Source: Thermodesulfobacteriota bacterium
Lineage (GTDB): Bacteria > Desulfobacterota_D > UBA1144 > Nemesobacterales > Nemesobacteraceae
NCBI GenBank assembly: GCA_965202785.1
Contig: OZ241855.1
Location: forward strand, 1,536,001 to 1,600,000
Direction: 5' to 3'
DNA: 64,000 nt
A model generated the notes under the pieces. It saw nothing but the letters and a program-made list of their open reading frames with translations, was not told the DNA's origin and made no database searches. How positions within the stretch are numbered: the first letter of the stretch is position 1; every line of letters starts with the position of its first letter. Both the position numbers and the translations under genes were made by a program. Of the stretch, positions 1 through 8,860 are shown in pieces.

Positions 1-2
1 TG

Positions 3-2186
3 AACCTAGATGATTCAAAAGATGTGGACGGTGCGAACCGCACACGTTATCTAACTGCCTGCGTGCTGACATTCTATCAGCAGATGCGCTTTTTTGATGA
101 CAATCAACATATTGTTCGTAGATTCAATCTTCATAAGCCTTTATTGGTTCTGGTTGGAGGCTGGGTTGCTAGAAGCCGGGTTACTAAGGGTCTAAATAGT
201 AAAGAAGCTTCTGACGTAATCGAATTCCTCTTGTTTTTGGGGAAGTTTCTCAAGAACGAACAGGAGAGCATACAAGAAATCAAAGCAATTCTGAGAGGGA
301 CACATGGTCTTTCGTGGGAAGATAGAGACATTTTTTCCGGTGCGTTTACTTATCTGGAGCATCTTGACGAAAATCCCGCAGAAATCTTTGCTGACATAAA
401 GCGTCGTGTTTTTAATTCGAATCAAGGATTCCTGATGATTGAACATTTGAAAGGAAGCGATGGTGAAATTGCTCTTAGTCTTGGTGAAGATCATCCATTC
501 GGGGTTATAAATGTTGGTAATTCAAAAAAGCTAGCTGATTTGTGCAGGGAAAAGAATGACGATGTTTTAGAGGTGCGCGACCGTGAGTTCGTCGATTCAT
601 ATTTTACGACGATTAACGAAAGGAACTCGTCGATAAATATTCTGATTGGTTCAAAGAAGTTTACCGAAGGGTGGAACAGCTGGCGCGTCAGCACCATGGG
701 ACTTATGAATGTTGGCAAAAGCGAAGGTTCTCAGATTATTCAGCTGTTTGGACGTGGTGTGCGTTTAAAGGGCCTTGATTTTAGTCTTAAGCGTAGCGGT
801 GAAATGCCGAACATACATCCGCCGAGATATATGAAGAAGCTAGAGACTCTGAATATTTTTGGAGTACGCGCGGGCTATATGAAACAATTCAGTGAGTTCC
901 TAGAAAGAGAAGGCTTACCTAAAGATAGTGATTTCAAGGACATTGCGTTGCCAGTTATCTGCCATTACGACAGCCAGAAGAAATTAAGAGCAATTCGCCT
1001 TAAAGACGGTTTAGACTATAAAAAACATGCCCCGCGTCCGGTACTTGCGTTTGAGAGGGAGTATTTTAGGCGTTATAAAGTCATTGTTGATTGGTATCCG
1101 AAGATTCAAGCCAGCATTAGCCCGGATGCCGAGTTGCCTGTAGAGATGGTGAAGTATAAGCGGAATTGGTTTTCAAAGGATCATCTTGCTTTTGTTGATA
1201 TAAATCAGATTTTCTTTGATCTTGAATCGCACAAAAACCGGCATGGATGGCACACTCTCAACTTGCCCAGAGAATTTATAAGGGATTTGCTGCTTGACCA
1301 TAGTTGGTATGAGATAAAAATTCCAGGTGAACGCATGAAGTTCAGTAGTAATATGGCCGAAGATATTCTTCGCTGGCAGGAAATAGCTTCTGTGTTGCTC
1401 AAAAAATATCTCGAAAGGTTTTATAAATTGAAACGTTCCCGTTGGGAGCAAAAACATCTTGAATACTGGTTTCTTGACAGACAGAGCCGCAATCTGCTCT
1501 GGGATGAGGACAGCGGGCAACATCAGTATATTGTCAGCGTTGATGCCAAACGTGAAGATTTAATAGAGCGGGTCACGGAATTAAAAAAGGCCATTACCGA
1601 TGGGAACCCTAGTTCATTCGAATCGGAGAATTTTAAAATTTTTACTGACTCCAGACATCTTTATGAACCACTGATATACATCGGTGAAAAAGTAGACTAC
1701 ATCAAAGTTAAGCCTGTGGCGCTCAATGAGGGAGAAAAACATTTTGTTGAGAGTTTAAGGCAGTATGCACAACAGCATGAGAACTTTTTCAGAGACAAAG
1801 AAATGTACCTCCTTCGTAACCAAAGCAGGGGGATCGGTTTTGGTTTTTTCAATGAAGGAGGATTCTATCCCGATTTTATATTGTGGATTTTGTGGAAAGA
1901 GCGGCAGTACATCAGCTTTGTTGACCCACATGGAATGCTCCATTCCAGCATGGAAGATCCCAAACTAAATTTTTACCGAAAGATTAAAGAAATAGAAAAG
2001 GATCTCCGCCAGTATGATGATCATATAACACTTAATTCTTTTATTATTTCCACTACTCCCTATAACTCATCTTGGTGGGGATCAGATTACGACATCAAGG
2101 AATTTCATGATCGCAACGGCTTTTTTCAGGAAGAAGACCGTGATAACTATGTAAGAGAAGTCATCGATAGATCATTGAGACAATGA
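3..2186 (+). CDS. Type III restriction-modification Res subunit (SF2 helicase C-half plus PD-(D/E)xK nuclease), 5'-truncated by the window edge
   Basis: Frame is open to the window start. Motifs ILIGSKKFTEGWNS and IQLFGRGVRL (helicase V/VI) and C-terminal FYPDFILW...FVDPHG. AT-richer than its neighbours. Confidence 0.85.
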   Translation, partial: NLDDSKDVDGANRTRYLTACVLTFYQQMRFFDDNQHIVRRFNLHKPLLVLVGGWVARSRVTKGLNSKEASDVIEFLLFLGKFLKNEQESIQEIKAILRGTHGLSWEDRDIFSGAFTYLEHLDENPAEIFADIKRRVFNSNQGFLMIEHLKGSDGEIALSLGEDHPFGVINVGNSKKLADLCREKNDDVLEVRDREFVDSYFTTINERNSSINILIGSKKFTEGWNSWRVSTMGLMNVGKSEGSQIIQLFGRGVRLKGLDFSLKRSGEMPNIHPPRYMKKLETLNIFGVRAGYMKQFSEFLEREGLPKDSDFKDIALPVICHYDSQKKLRAIRLKDGLDYKKHAPRPVLAFEREYFRRYKVIVDWYPKIQASISPDAELPVEMVKYKRNWFSKDHLAFVDINQIFFDLESHKNRHGWHTLNLPREFIRDLLLDHSWYEIKIPGERMKFSSNMAEDILRWQEIASVLLKKYLERFYKLKRSRWEQKHLEYWFLDRQSRNLLWDEDSGQHQYIVSVDAKREDLIERVTELKKAITDGNPSSFESENFKIFTDSRHLYEPLIYIGEKVDYIKVKPVALNEGEKHFVESLRQYAQQHENFFRDKEMYLLRNQSRGIGFGFFNEGGFYPDFILWILWKERQYISFVDPHGMLHSSMEDPKLNFYRKIKEIEKDLRQYDDHITLNSFIISTTPYNSSWWGSDYDIKEFHDRNGFFQEEDRDNYVREVIDRSLRQ

Positions 2187-2242
2187 GTAAGGGTGAATTA
2201 GATTTTGGAACTATCGCTATTTTATCAGATTTTATACAGTAA

Positions 2243-2605
2243 TTACCCAAGGGATCTTTCAAATATGACTTCTATTATCTTGTCATGAAGTCCCAGTGGT
2301 TCTGTGACCCTGTAGCTTACTTGCGGAAAATCTCGCGCTGCCTCCGCCACCATCCTGGGTATATCGGATTTTGAGTGTCTTCCCGGTACGAGAAAGTACG
2401 GGTGGACAGTTATGTCGCTTGCGCCGGCCGCGGCGCATTTACGAAAAGCATCCTTTATTGACGGCTCGCAGAGTTCCATGTGGCAGTGCTCAACTATATC
2501 AAACGGCGAGTCCCGGTAAGCTCTTACCCTGTCGGCTACTTCCTCAAGGAGAGCGTTTGCCTCTTTTACTGTGCTTCCGTGATCAACCAGAATGAGAGCC
2601 TTCAT
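2243..2605 (-). CDS. Short CbiX/SirB-family sirohydrochlorin chelatase
   Basis: LVDHGS, MELCEPSI and HPYFLVPGRH..DIP motifs; 120 aa single domain. Confidence 0.85.
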   Translation of the reverse strand: MKALILVDHGSTVKEANALLEEVADRVRAYRDSPFDIVEHCHMELCEPSIKDAFRKCAAAGASDITVHPYFLVPGRHSKSDIPRMVAEAARDFPQVSYRVTEPLGLHDKIIEVIFERSLG

Positions 2606-2608
2606 CGC

Positions 2609-3757
2609 TCAGTCTCTGTCCGAGTGAAGCTTTATAGTTTCAAGAACTATCTCCGCCGACCTGTGGAATTCATCGAGCAGCAGATATTCGTTTACCGTGT
2701 GAAGTTCGTACATTCCCGTTCCAAGATTTACGCACTCGATTCCCTTTTCGTTTATGAAGTTTGCGTCGCACCCTCCGCCGCTTGTGTGAAGTTCTATGTC
2801 GTGGTCAAGGCTCGCAGCGGCTCTAAGTACAAGATCAGTCACGGTTGCCTGCGCGGAGACGTTCATTACGGGATACACGCGCTCTGTCTCGATCTCTGCG
2901 CGTGCGCCGAGTCGTTCCCCGTCTAGGAAGAGTTCCCTGTTTTTTGCCGCTTCCAGGAAGCACTCCTGCATGTGCCGTATCTGTGCGTCGAGTTTCCCTT
3001 CATCATGGCTTCGAGCCTCGGCCTTCACCTCGACGAGACCGGGAACTATGTTTATTGCGGACCCTCCCTTTACCTTTCCTATGTTTGCCGTTGTCTCGTG
3101 ATCTATTCTTCCGAGTTTCATTCTCGAGATCGCATCACTTAATATTTCCAGGGCGCTTATCCCGTTTTCGGGACAAAGTCCGGAATGCGCTTCGACGCCG
3201 TGTATTTTTACATCCATGATGTCGGAGCACGGACACCTGAGGACGAGTCTATCCGGTGTACTGCTATCAAGAACTATTCCATGAGGACTTTTAAAGTTTG
3301 AAGTGTCAAGGAACTTCGCTCCGAGAAGGCCGATTTCCTCGCATATGGTAAACGCGACCTCCATATCCGGATGGGGAATGTTGTTTTCCTTGAGGGTCCT
3401 TAGCACCTCGACTATTATGGATACCCCGCTTTTATCGTCGCTTCCCAGTATCGTCGTACCGTCGCTTCTCATTACGCCGTCTTCCACTCTCGGTTTTATA
3501 CCCTCTCCCGGGCTTACGGTGTCCATGTGAGAGCAGAGGAAGAAGGGTGGAATATCTTTCTTTGTTCCGGGAAGCTTGACTATCAGGTTGCCAATGTTTC
3601 CCCCGACCTTGTCTCCTGCATCGTCGTAGAAACAGTCAGCCCCTAGATCTCTCATTTCTTCCTCGAGCTTCAGGGCGACGTCCTTTTCCTTTCTTGATGG
3701 ACTATCTATCCGTATGATGTCCATCAGGTGGCGGGTCATTCTTTCTTCTTGAATCAT
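2609..3757 (-). CDS. M20/M25/M40 metallopeptidase (peptidase T-like)
   Basis: SHMDTV, LGSDDKSG, EEIGLLG, GGGCDAN and HTVNE motifs. Confidence 0.9.
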   Translation of the reverse strand: MIQEERMTRHLMDIIRIDSPSRKEKDVALKLEEEMRDLGADCFYDDAGDKVGGNIGNLIVKLPGTKKDIPPFFLCSHMDTVSPGEGIKPRVEDGVMRSDGTTILGSDDKSGVSIIVEVLRTLKENNIPHPDMEVAFTICEEIGLLGAKFLDTSNFKSPHGIVLDSSTPDRLVLRCPCSDIMDVKIHGVEAHSGLCPENGISALEILSDAISRMKLGRIDHETTANIGKVKGGSAINIVPGLVEVKAEARSHDEGKLDAQIRHMQECFLEAAKNRELFLDGERLGARAEIETERVYPVMNVSAQATVTDLVLRAAASLDHDIELHTSGGGCDANFINEKGIECVNLGTGMYELHTVNEYLLLDEFHRSAEIVLETIKLHSDRD

Positions 3758-3924
3758 GGGTGATTTTCTCTTCTTAGTTGGGTTAGACGGTTAAATCATA
3801 TTTGAAAAACCCCCATATTAAAAGATTCTTTTTGTTTTACTGAGTGTTGGTAGTGTAGAATTAATTCTCTATTGAATGTCTGTATTTCGGCCGTATTTCT
3901 AAACCTGGATTGAATGGTGAAAAA

Positions 3925-5394
3925 ATGGAGTTTTTTCTGATAAAGGATAGTGTCGCCGACGTCGAGTCGGATTCAGTTGTTTTTTTCTGTTACGAAGGGC
4001 AGAGGCTTCCAGCTGCCGCTAGAAAAATCGATAGTGAACTCGGGGGGTTCCTTTCAGACAAAGTGAAGTCCTCTGATTTTAAAGGCGCTTTCGGAAAGAC
4101 GGTTCTCGTTGATACCCCGGGCGATTTCAATACGAAAACAGTTGTCCTTCTCGGACTCGGGAAAAAAGAAAATTTCGGGGCTCTTGAAGCTTTTCGCGCC
4201 GCAAACATTACGGTCGCGAGAACCGGCCAGCATTCCCGCACCGTTTCCGTTGATTTTTCCAACGTGGACAGGGGGTTTCTTAAGGGCTTTCTCGAGGGCA
4301 TGGCTTGCGGCACCTATGAATACGGGAAGTTCAAGTCTTCGGGAAGAAGGAAAAACCGTATAGAGAAAGTGTGTATAGCGTCAAGGAGGATTTCGGCCAA
4401 TTATTTCAGCGGTGAGGCCGCGTATGCCAGTGCTGTTTCAAGTAGCGTAGCTTTTTCAAGGGATCTTGTTAACGATCCTCCGAATATCCTTACTCCCTCG
4501 ATTCTCGCAGAACATGCTCTTTCTATTTCCGAAGGATCAGAACACATCAGCTGCAAGATCCTTGATAGGGATGAGATAAGGCAAATGGGAATGGGAGGAC
4601 TCTCAGCGGTTTCTTTTGGAAGCAGTGAGCCCCCGAGGTTCATACACCTTTCCTACTCGCCTCCTGTAAAATCCCGCAAAAAAGTTGCTATCGTGGGCAA
4701 GGGCATAACTTTTGATTCTGGAGGACTGTGTCTTAAACCCGCAGACAGCATGAGAACGATGAAAATGGATATGGCGGGTGCGGCGGTCGTACTGGGTACC
4801 ATGAAAGCGCTCGGGGAACTGACCCCCAGCGTTAACGTTCACGGCATTGTCCCGGCCACCGAAAACATGACCGGTGCTTCTGCCTACAAGCCGGATGACG
4901 TAGTAACGGCCCTTAACGGAAAGACAATAGAGATTATAAACACCGACGCGGAGGGCAGGGTGGCGCTTTCTGATGCGCTCAGTTACGCAGTCCGGCTTGG
5001 AGTTTCCGAGATAGTGGATCTCGCAACCCTTACCGGCGCCTGTATAGTCGGGCTCGGACTTCACAACGCCGGGGTTATGGGTAATAACGCGAATCTCGTG
5101 AAGTCGATTTTAGGTTCCGCGGACGATGTCGGCGAGAAGATGTGGGAACTTCCTCTTGATACGGAGTTAAGAGAGGAAATAAGAAGCCGCGTGGCAGACG
5201 TTAAGAATGTAGGAAGCAGGTGGGGTGGGGCGATAACCGCGGCGCTTTTCCTTGAGAATTTCGTTTCAGAGGTTCCTTGGGTGCATATAGATATAGCTGG
5301 TCCCTCATACGTAGAGAAATCCTCGGAGTGGTATCAGTACGGGGCAAGTGGGTTCGGCGTGAGAACCATAGTCAACTACCTTATGAAAAGGTAG
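3925..5394 (+). CDS. pepA: Leucyl aminopeptidase (M17)
   Basis: VGKGITFDSGG, MKMDMAGAA, NTDAEGR and DLATLTGAC motifs. ATG at 3925 preferred over TTG 3910. Confidence 0.95.
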   Translation: MEFFLIKDSVADVESDSVVFFCYEGQRLPAAARKIDSELGGFLSDKVKSSDFKGAFGKTVLVDTPGDFNTKTVVLLGLGKKENFGALEAFRAANITVARTGQHSRTVSVDFSNVDRGFLKGFLEGMACGTYEYGKFKSSGRRKNRIEKVCIASRRISANYFSGEAAYASAVSSSVAFSRDLVNDPPNILTPSILAEHALSISEGSEHISCKILDRDEIRQMGMGGLSAVSFGSSEPPRFIHLSYSPPVKSRKKVAIVGKGITFDSGGLCLKPADSMRTMKMDMAGAAVVLGTMKALGELTPSVNVHGIVPATENMTGASAYKPDDVVTALNGKTIEIINTDAEGRVALSDALSYAVRLGVSEIVDLATLTGACIVGLGLHNAGVMGNNANLVKSILGSADDVGEKMWELPLDTELREEIRSRVADVKNVGSRWGGAITAALFLENFVSEVPWVHIDIAGPSYVEKSSEWYQYGASGFGVRTIVNYLMKR

Positions 5395-5408
5395 GTTCTT
5401 TGCCAATT

Positions 5409-5432
5409 ACCGTTTTCCCGCGGGAAAACGGT
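5409..5432. terminator. Perfect 24-bp palindrome between convergent pepA and ilvE; probable bidirectional terminator
   Basis: accgttttcccg|cgggaaaacggt. Confidence 0.6.
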
Positions 5433-6353
5433 TCAAGGGATGTAATCAAGCCAGTGCCTGAATTTCTCATCCTCTCCTTTTATTACGGCAAAATATCTTT
5501 TCTGGAGAGTTTTCGTTATTTCTCCAGGTTTTCCTGAACCTATTTTTTTGCCGTCAACTTCCTTGATAGGAGTCACTTCAGCGGCGGTACCGGTGAAGAA
5601 GGCCTCATCCGCGATGTAAAGCTCGTCTCTTGTGAACCGCTGTTCTTTAACAGGAATACCTTCGTCGTCGGCAATATCCAGAACGCACTTTCTGGTTATT
5701 CCTTCCAGTATGGAAGTTAGAGGAGGAGTCTTGAGAGTCCCGTTTCTTACGATGAAGATGTTTTCTCCGCTTCCTTCGGCTACGTAACCTTCTGAGTCGA
5801 GCAGTATCGCCTCATCAAAACCAAGGTCGGCAGCCTCCTGCCTGGCCATTACCGAATTTACGTAGTTTCCGCATATCTTAGCCTTGGTCATAAAGGAGTT
5901 AACATGCATTCTCGTGTAGGAGGATATCTTTACCCTGATTCCATTGGCAATCGCGTCATCTCCCAGATATGTTCCCCATGGCCATACGGCTATCGCCACG
6001 TTTATGGTGTTATCTCCGGGAAGTATCCCTTTTTGTCCAGCCCCGATAAAAGCTATGGGCCTGATGTAGGCTTCATCGAGTCCGTTTTCGCGCAGAAGGT
6101 CCATCACCGCATCGCAGAGGGTCTGCATGTCGTAGGGAATTTCTATGCCAGCCACGTGCGCTGAGGTATAAAGCCTTTCCATGTGTTCAGTGAGTTTTAG
6201 GATTGCCGATTTTCCGTTAGAGCATTTATAAGCTCTTATGCCTTCAAACGCACCCAGGCCGTAGTGCAGAGTGTGGGTAAGTACGTGCACGTTTGCCTCA
6301 TCCCAAGGCACTGTTTTTCCGTTAAACCATATTTTGGATTGGTCGGCTGACAT
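5433..6353 (-). CDS. ilvE: Branched-chain amino acid aminotransferase
   Basis: LHYGLGAFEGIRAY, KAKICGNY, EGSGENIF and FFTGTAAEVTP motifs. Confidence 0.95.
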   Translation of the reverse strand: MSADQSKIWFNGKTVPWDEANVHVLTHTLHYGLGAFEGIRAYKCSNGKSAILKLTEHMERLYTSAHVAGIEIPYDMQTLCDAVMDLLRENGLDEAYIRPIAFIGAGQKGILPGDNTINVAIAVWPWGTYLGDDAIANGIRVKISSYTRMHVNSFMTKAKICGNYVNSVMARQEAADLGFDEAILLDSEGYVAEGSGENIFIVRNGTLKTPPLTSILEGITRKCVLDIADDEGIPVKEQRFTRDELYIADEAFFTGTAAEVTPIKEVDGKKIGSGKPGEITKTLQKRYFAVIKGEDEKFRHWLDYIP

Positions 6354-6492
6354 AAGTTATTACCACGGCTCGGGGAAAAAACTTTGCAAACAGTATTATT
6401 ATTCCCCTTTTCGTTGTCAAGCTCGATTGGAGATTAGATGGTGATTGCGGAAGGGATGGGAATTTTCGATGATTCTTGCCTGGGTGTTTCCC

Positions 6493-6873
6493 CTACTGCT
6501 GTTTTGTATGTTCCTTGATTATTGCCCCCATTTCCCGTGAAAACTTCGACCTCGGAATAACAAGATCAACTCCCTTTTCCTTGAATTTGTCGGCAAGCTC
6601 CCGTTCCACATGTGGCAGATATCCTATGCAAAAGATTTCTTTGTGTTCTGGAGAGTTTCTAAGTTCGGTGAAGACTTCTTCAGCAACTATTTTCCTTGAG
6701 GCGAGGTCAATAATCACAAGATCAATGGTTTTTGCTTCGATTTTGTCTTGAAGCTCTTCGCGGTTTTTTACCTTCACTATATCGATATGAAGATCTTTGG
6801 CCGTGCTCTCAATCTTTGACGAGAAAAACATGTCGTCAGCGACTACGCAGATTGTTTTTCGCAAGATTCCCAT
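6493..6873 (-). CDS. Stand-alone atypical receiver (CheY-like) domain protein
   Basis: Acidic pair ADD after beta1 and DLVIIDL; the canonical Thr/Ser and Lys-Pro are replaced (GYLPH, PRS). Start taken at ATG 6873. Confidence 0.65.
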   Translation of the reverse strand: MGILRKTICVVADDMFFSSKIESTAKDLHIDIVKVKNREELQDKIEAKTIDLVIIDLASRKIVAEEVFTELRNSPEHKEIFCIGYLPHVERELADKFKEKGVDLVIPRSKFSREMGAIIKEHTKQQ

Positions 6874-6919
6874 TGCGTTAAATAAAGATTGGCGGATTCC
6901 AATCCGGCTTCGTGGCAAA

Positions 6920-6967
6920 TCATCTATGGCAGTGATTGTCTTTGCCCGTAAGTTCCACTTCCCACAT
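6920..6967 (-). pseudogene. Probable RelE/ParE toxin remnant (MWEVELTGKDNHCHR*)
   Basis: ATG lies 4 nt after the antitoxin stop. The first 9 residues resemble RelE N-termini, followed by an early stop. Confidence 0.5.
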
Positions 6968-6971
6968 AAGG

Positions 6972-7241
6972 CTAGAGGCTGTGTTTCTTCTTTATTTCGG
7001 AAAAAGGAATCAACTTTTCTCCGGAAGCGATGAATTCCCTGTAAGACCTGTCGGCTTCTTCATAGTCTTCAATGTCTTCAAGCTTGCTCATCAAAAACAA
7101 CTCCAGGGACTTTTTTATGTAGTAGCTCTTTGACCTTTCCTCCGCTCTTGAAATCCTGCTGAGCATTTCACCGAGCTCCGCGGGAATCTGCGCCGATATG
7201 CTGACCGTATTGCGACGATTGGACTCAGTTTCCTTGGCCAT
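6972..7241 (-). CDS. Ribbon-helix-helix (RelB/CopG-like) antitoxin
   Basis: ISAQIPAEL..ERSKSYYIKKSLE..LEDIEDY..IPFSEIKK pattern; SD gaggt upstream of ATG 7241. Confidence 0.8.
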   Translation of the reverse strand: MAKETESNRRNTVSISAQIPAELGEMLSRISRAEERSKSYYIKKSLELFLMSKLEDIEDYEEADRSYREFIASGEKLIPFSEIKKKHSL

Positions 7242-7365
7242 ATCAATTACCTCTTGCAACTGAATATAGTAAATTTTAACAGTTTTTGCAATCTCTTAAT
7301 AAAGCTGAACACGTCTGCCGTAATGTATATAATAAAGAAGCTAGAAAAACCGCAAGGAGAATAAA

Positions 7366-7800
7366 ATGAAAGCTACTTTGATTGCTTTTCTCGTGGCTAT
7401 GATATTCGGGATTAACCCGATTTTTGAAAAACTGAGTCTGAAAGATGCTTCTCCGCTTTCGGTAATCACGATAAGGTTTATTTTCACTTCGTTGTGTCTC
7501 GTGTGTTTAGTGCTGGCGACGGGCAAATTCGCTCAGGTCATTGATGTCGACGGTCGGACGCTTTTCTGGATACTTCTATCGGGTCTGATCGGGGGGTTGA
7601 TCGGTCTTTTCCTCTATTTCACGGCTCTTCAGATGGCCGATACATCAAAAATTGTCGCTATAGTGGCCACTTTCCCCATGTTTACGGCCATCTATGCTTA
7701 TCTTTTTCTGGGAGAAAGCCCGGGACCAATGAGGATTACGGGAATCGCCTTTATCGTTATCGGTTCAATATTGATTGAGTGGAATTTACTTGCAGACTGA
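7366..7800 (+). CDS. Single-domain EamA/DMT transporter
   Basis: About 5 hydrophobic helices, FLGE..RITGI motif, SD aggag. Confidence 0.85.
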   Translation: MKATLIAFLVAMIFGINPIFEKLSLKDASPLSVITIRFIFTSLCLVCLVLATGKFAQVIDVDGRTLFWILLSGLIGGLIGLFLYFTALQMADTSKIVAIVATFPMFTAIYAYLFLGESPGPMRITGIAFIVIGSILIEWNLLAD

Positions 7801-7805
7801 GGTGT

Positions 7806-8123
7806 CTAGGCATCCAGGGATTCCAGATAATCGCGGAATTCCTCAGCCATGTCCGGATGTCCGTGTCTTGATGCCGCCTGGATACCTTTTTCATAGGCAT
7901 CTTTTGCACTGCCCTCCATTCCAAGTTCAGTGTAGCAATGACCGAGTATCCTGTAAGCGGCTCCCTCGTCGTCTTTAAGTTTGAGGTAGGCGTTAATCGT
8001 CTCTATGGTTTCCTCGTAACGGTTAAGCTTGAAATATTCATTTGCAAGACTGTAGTGAACAAGGGGGTTTGCAGGGTTTTTCTCAAGTAACTTCTTAAAC
8101 CTCTGAATTCTTTCTTCTGACAT
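7806..8123 (-). CDS. Tetratricopeptide repeat protein
   Basis: HYSLANEY, AYRILGHCY..AKDAYEKGI TPR pattern. Confidence 0.85.
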   Translation of the reverse strand: MSEERIQRFKKLLEKNPANPLVHYSLANEYFKLNRYEETIETINAYLKLKDDEGAAYRILGHCYTELGMEGSAKDAYEKGIQAASRHGHPDMAEEFRDYLESLDA

Positions 8124-8155
8124 TTTCTAACTGCTGACCCTGATTCTGAGAATCC

Positions 8156-8833
8156 CTAGTTTATCTCTTTTTCATTTCTCAGGGTGAAATCCTCGAAACC
8201 GAAGACACCCATGAAGTTTTTTATTACGGACCGCACAACATCGTCCATTTTAATACCCTCTTCGTTTCCAAGCCAGCTTCCTATAGACGTTATTCTCACG
8301 TCCGTTATTCCGCAGGAAAGTATCAGCTCGAAATAATCGAGATTCGTGCTGACATTAAGCGCAAATCCATGGTAGGTCACCCATTTTCTGATGGCTATCC
8401 CTATAGAGGCTATCTTGCTTCTTTTTACCCAGACCCCAGTGACTCCATCTATTCTTCTGCCCTCGATTTCAAAGTCGCCTAGCGTCCTGATTATTACTTC
8501 CTCAATGCTTCTCAGGTGCTTTCGAATGTCCATCTCGTGGTTTTTGAGATTCAGTATTGGATAGCCGACGATCTGTCCGGGACCATGAAACGTTATGTCT
8601 CCTCCCCTAGATGCGTGTACGAAGGAAACGCCGTGTTTTTCAAGATATTCCTTTCTTACAAGCAGGTTTCCCGTGTTTCCCTTTCTTCCGGTAGTGATAG
8701 TCGGCGGGTGTTCGAGCAGAATAAGGGAATCCGGTATTTCTTCTGCGATTCTTTTGGCGAGAAGACTTTCTTGGTACTCAAGCGCCTTCTCATAGGGAAC
8801 CGTCCCGAGTTCGTATATATCCAGGGTACTCAT
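8156..8833 (-). CDS. lipB: Lipoyl(octanoyl) transferase
   Basis: LEHPPT, RGGDITFHGPGQ, KIASIG and HGFALN motifs. Confidence 0.95.
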   Translation of the reverse strand: MSTLDIYELGTVPYEKALEYQESLLAKRIAEEIPDSLILLEHPPTITTGRKGNTGNLLVRKEYLEKHGVSFVHASRGGDITFHGPGQIVGYPILNLKNHEMDIRKHLRSIEEVIIRTLGDFEIEGRRIDGVTGVWVKRSKIASIGIAIRKWVTYHGFALNVSTNLDYFELILSCGITDVRITSIGSWLGNEEGIKMDDVVRSVIKNFMGVFGFEDFTLRNEKEIN

Positions 8834-8860
8834 TGGGGTGGTGACAAGATGTTTCGTACC

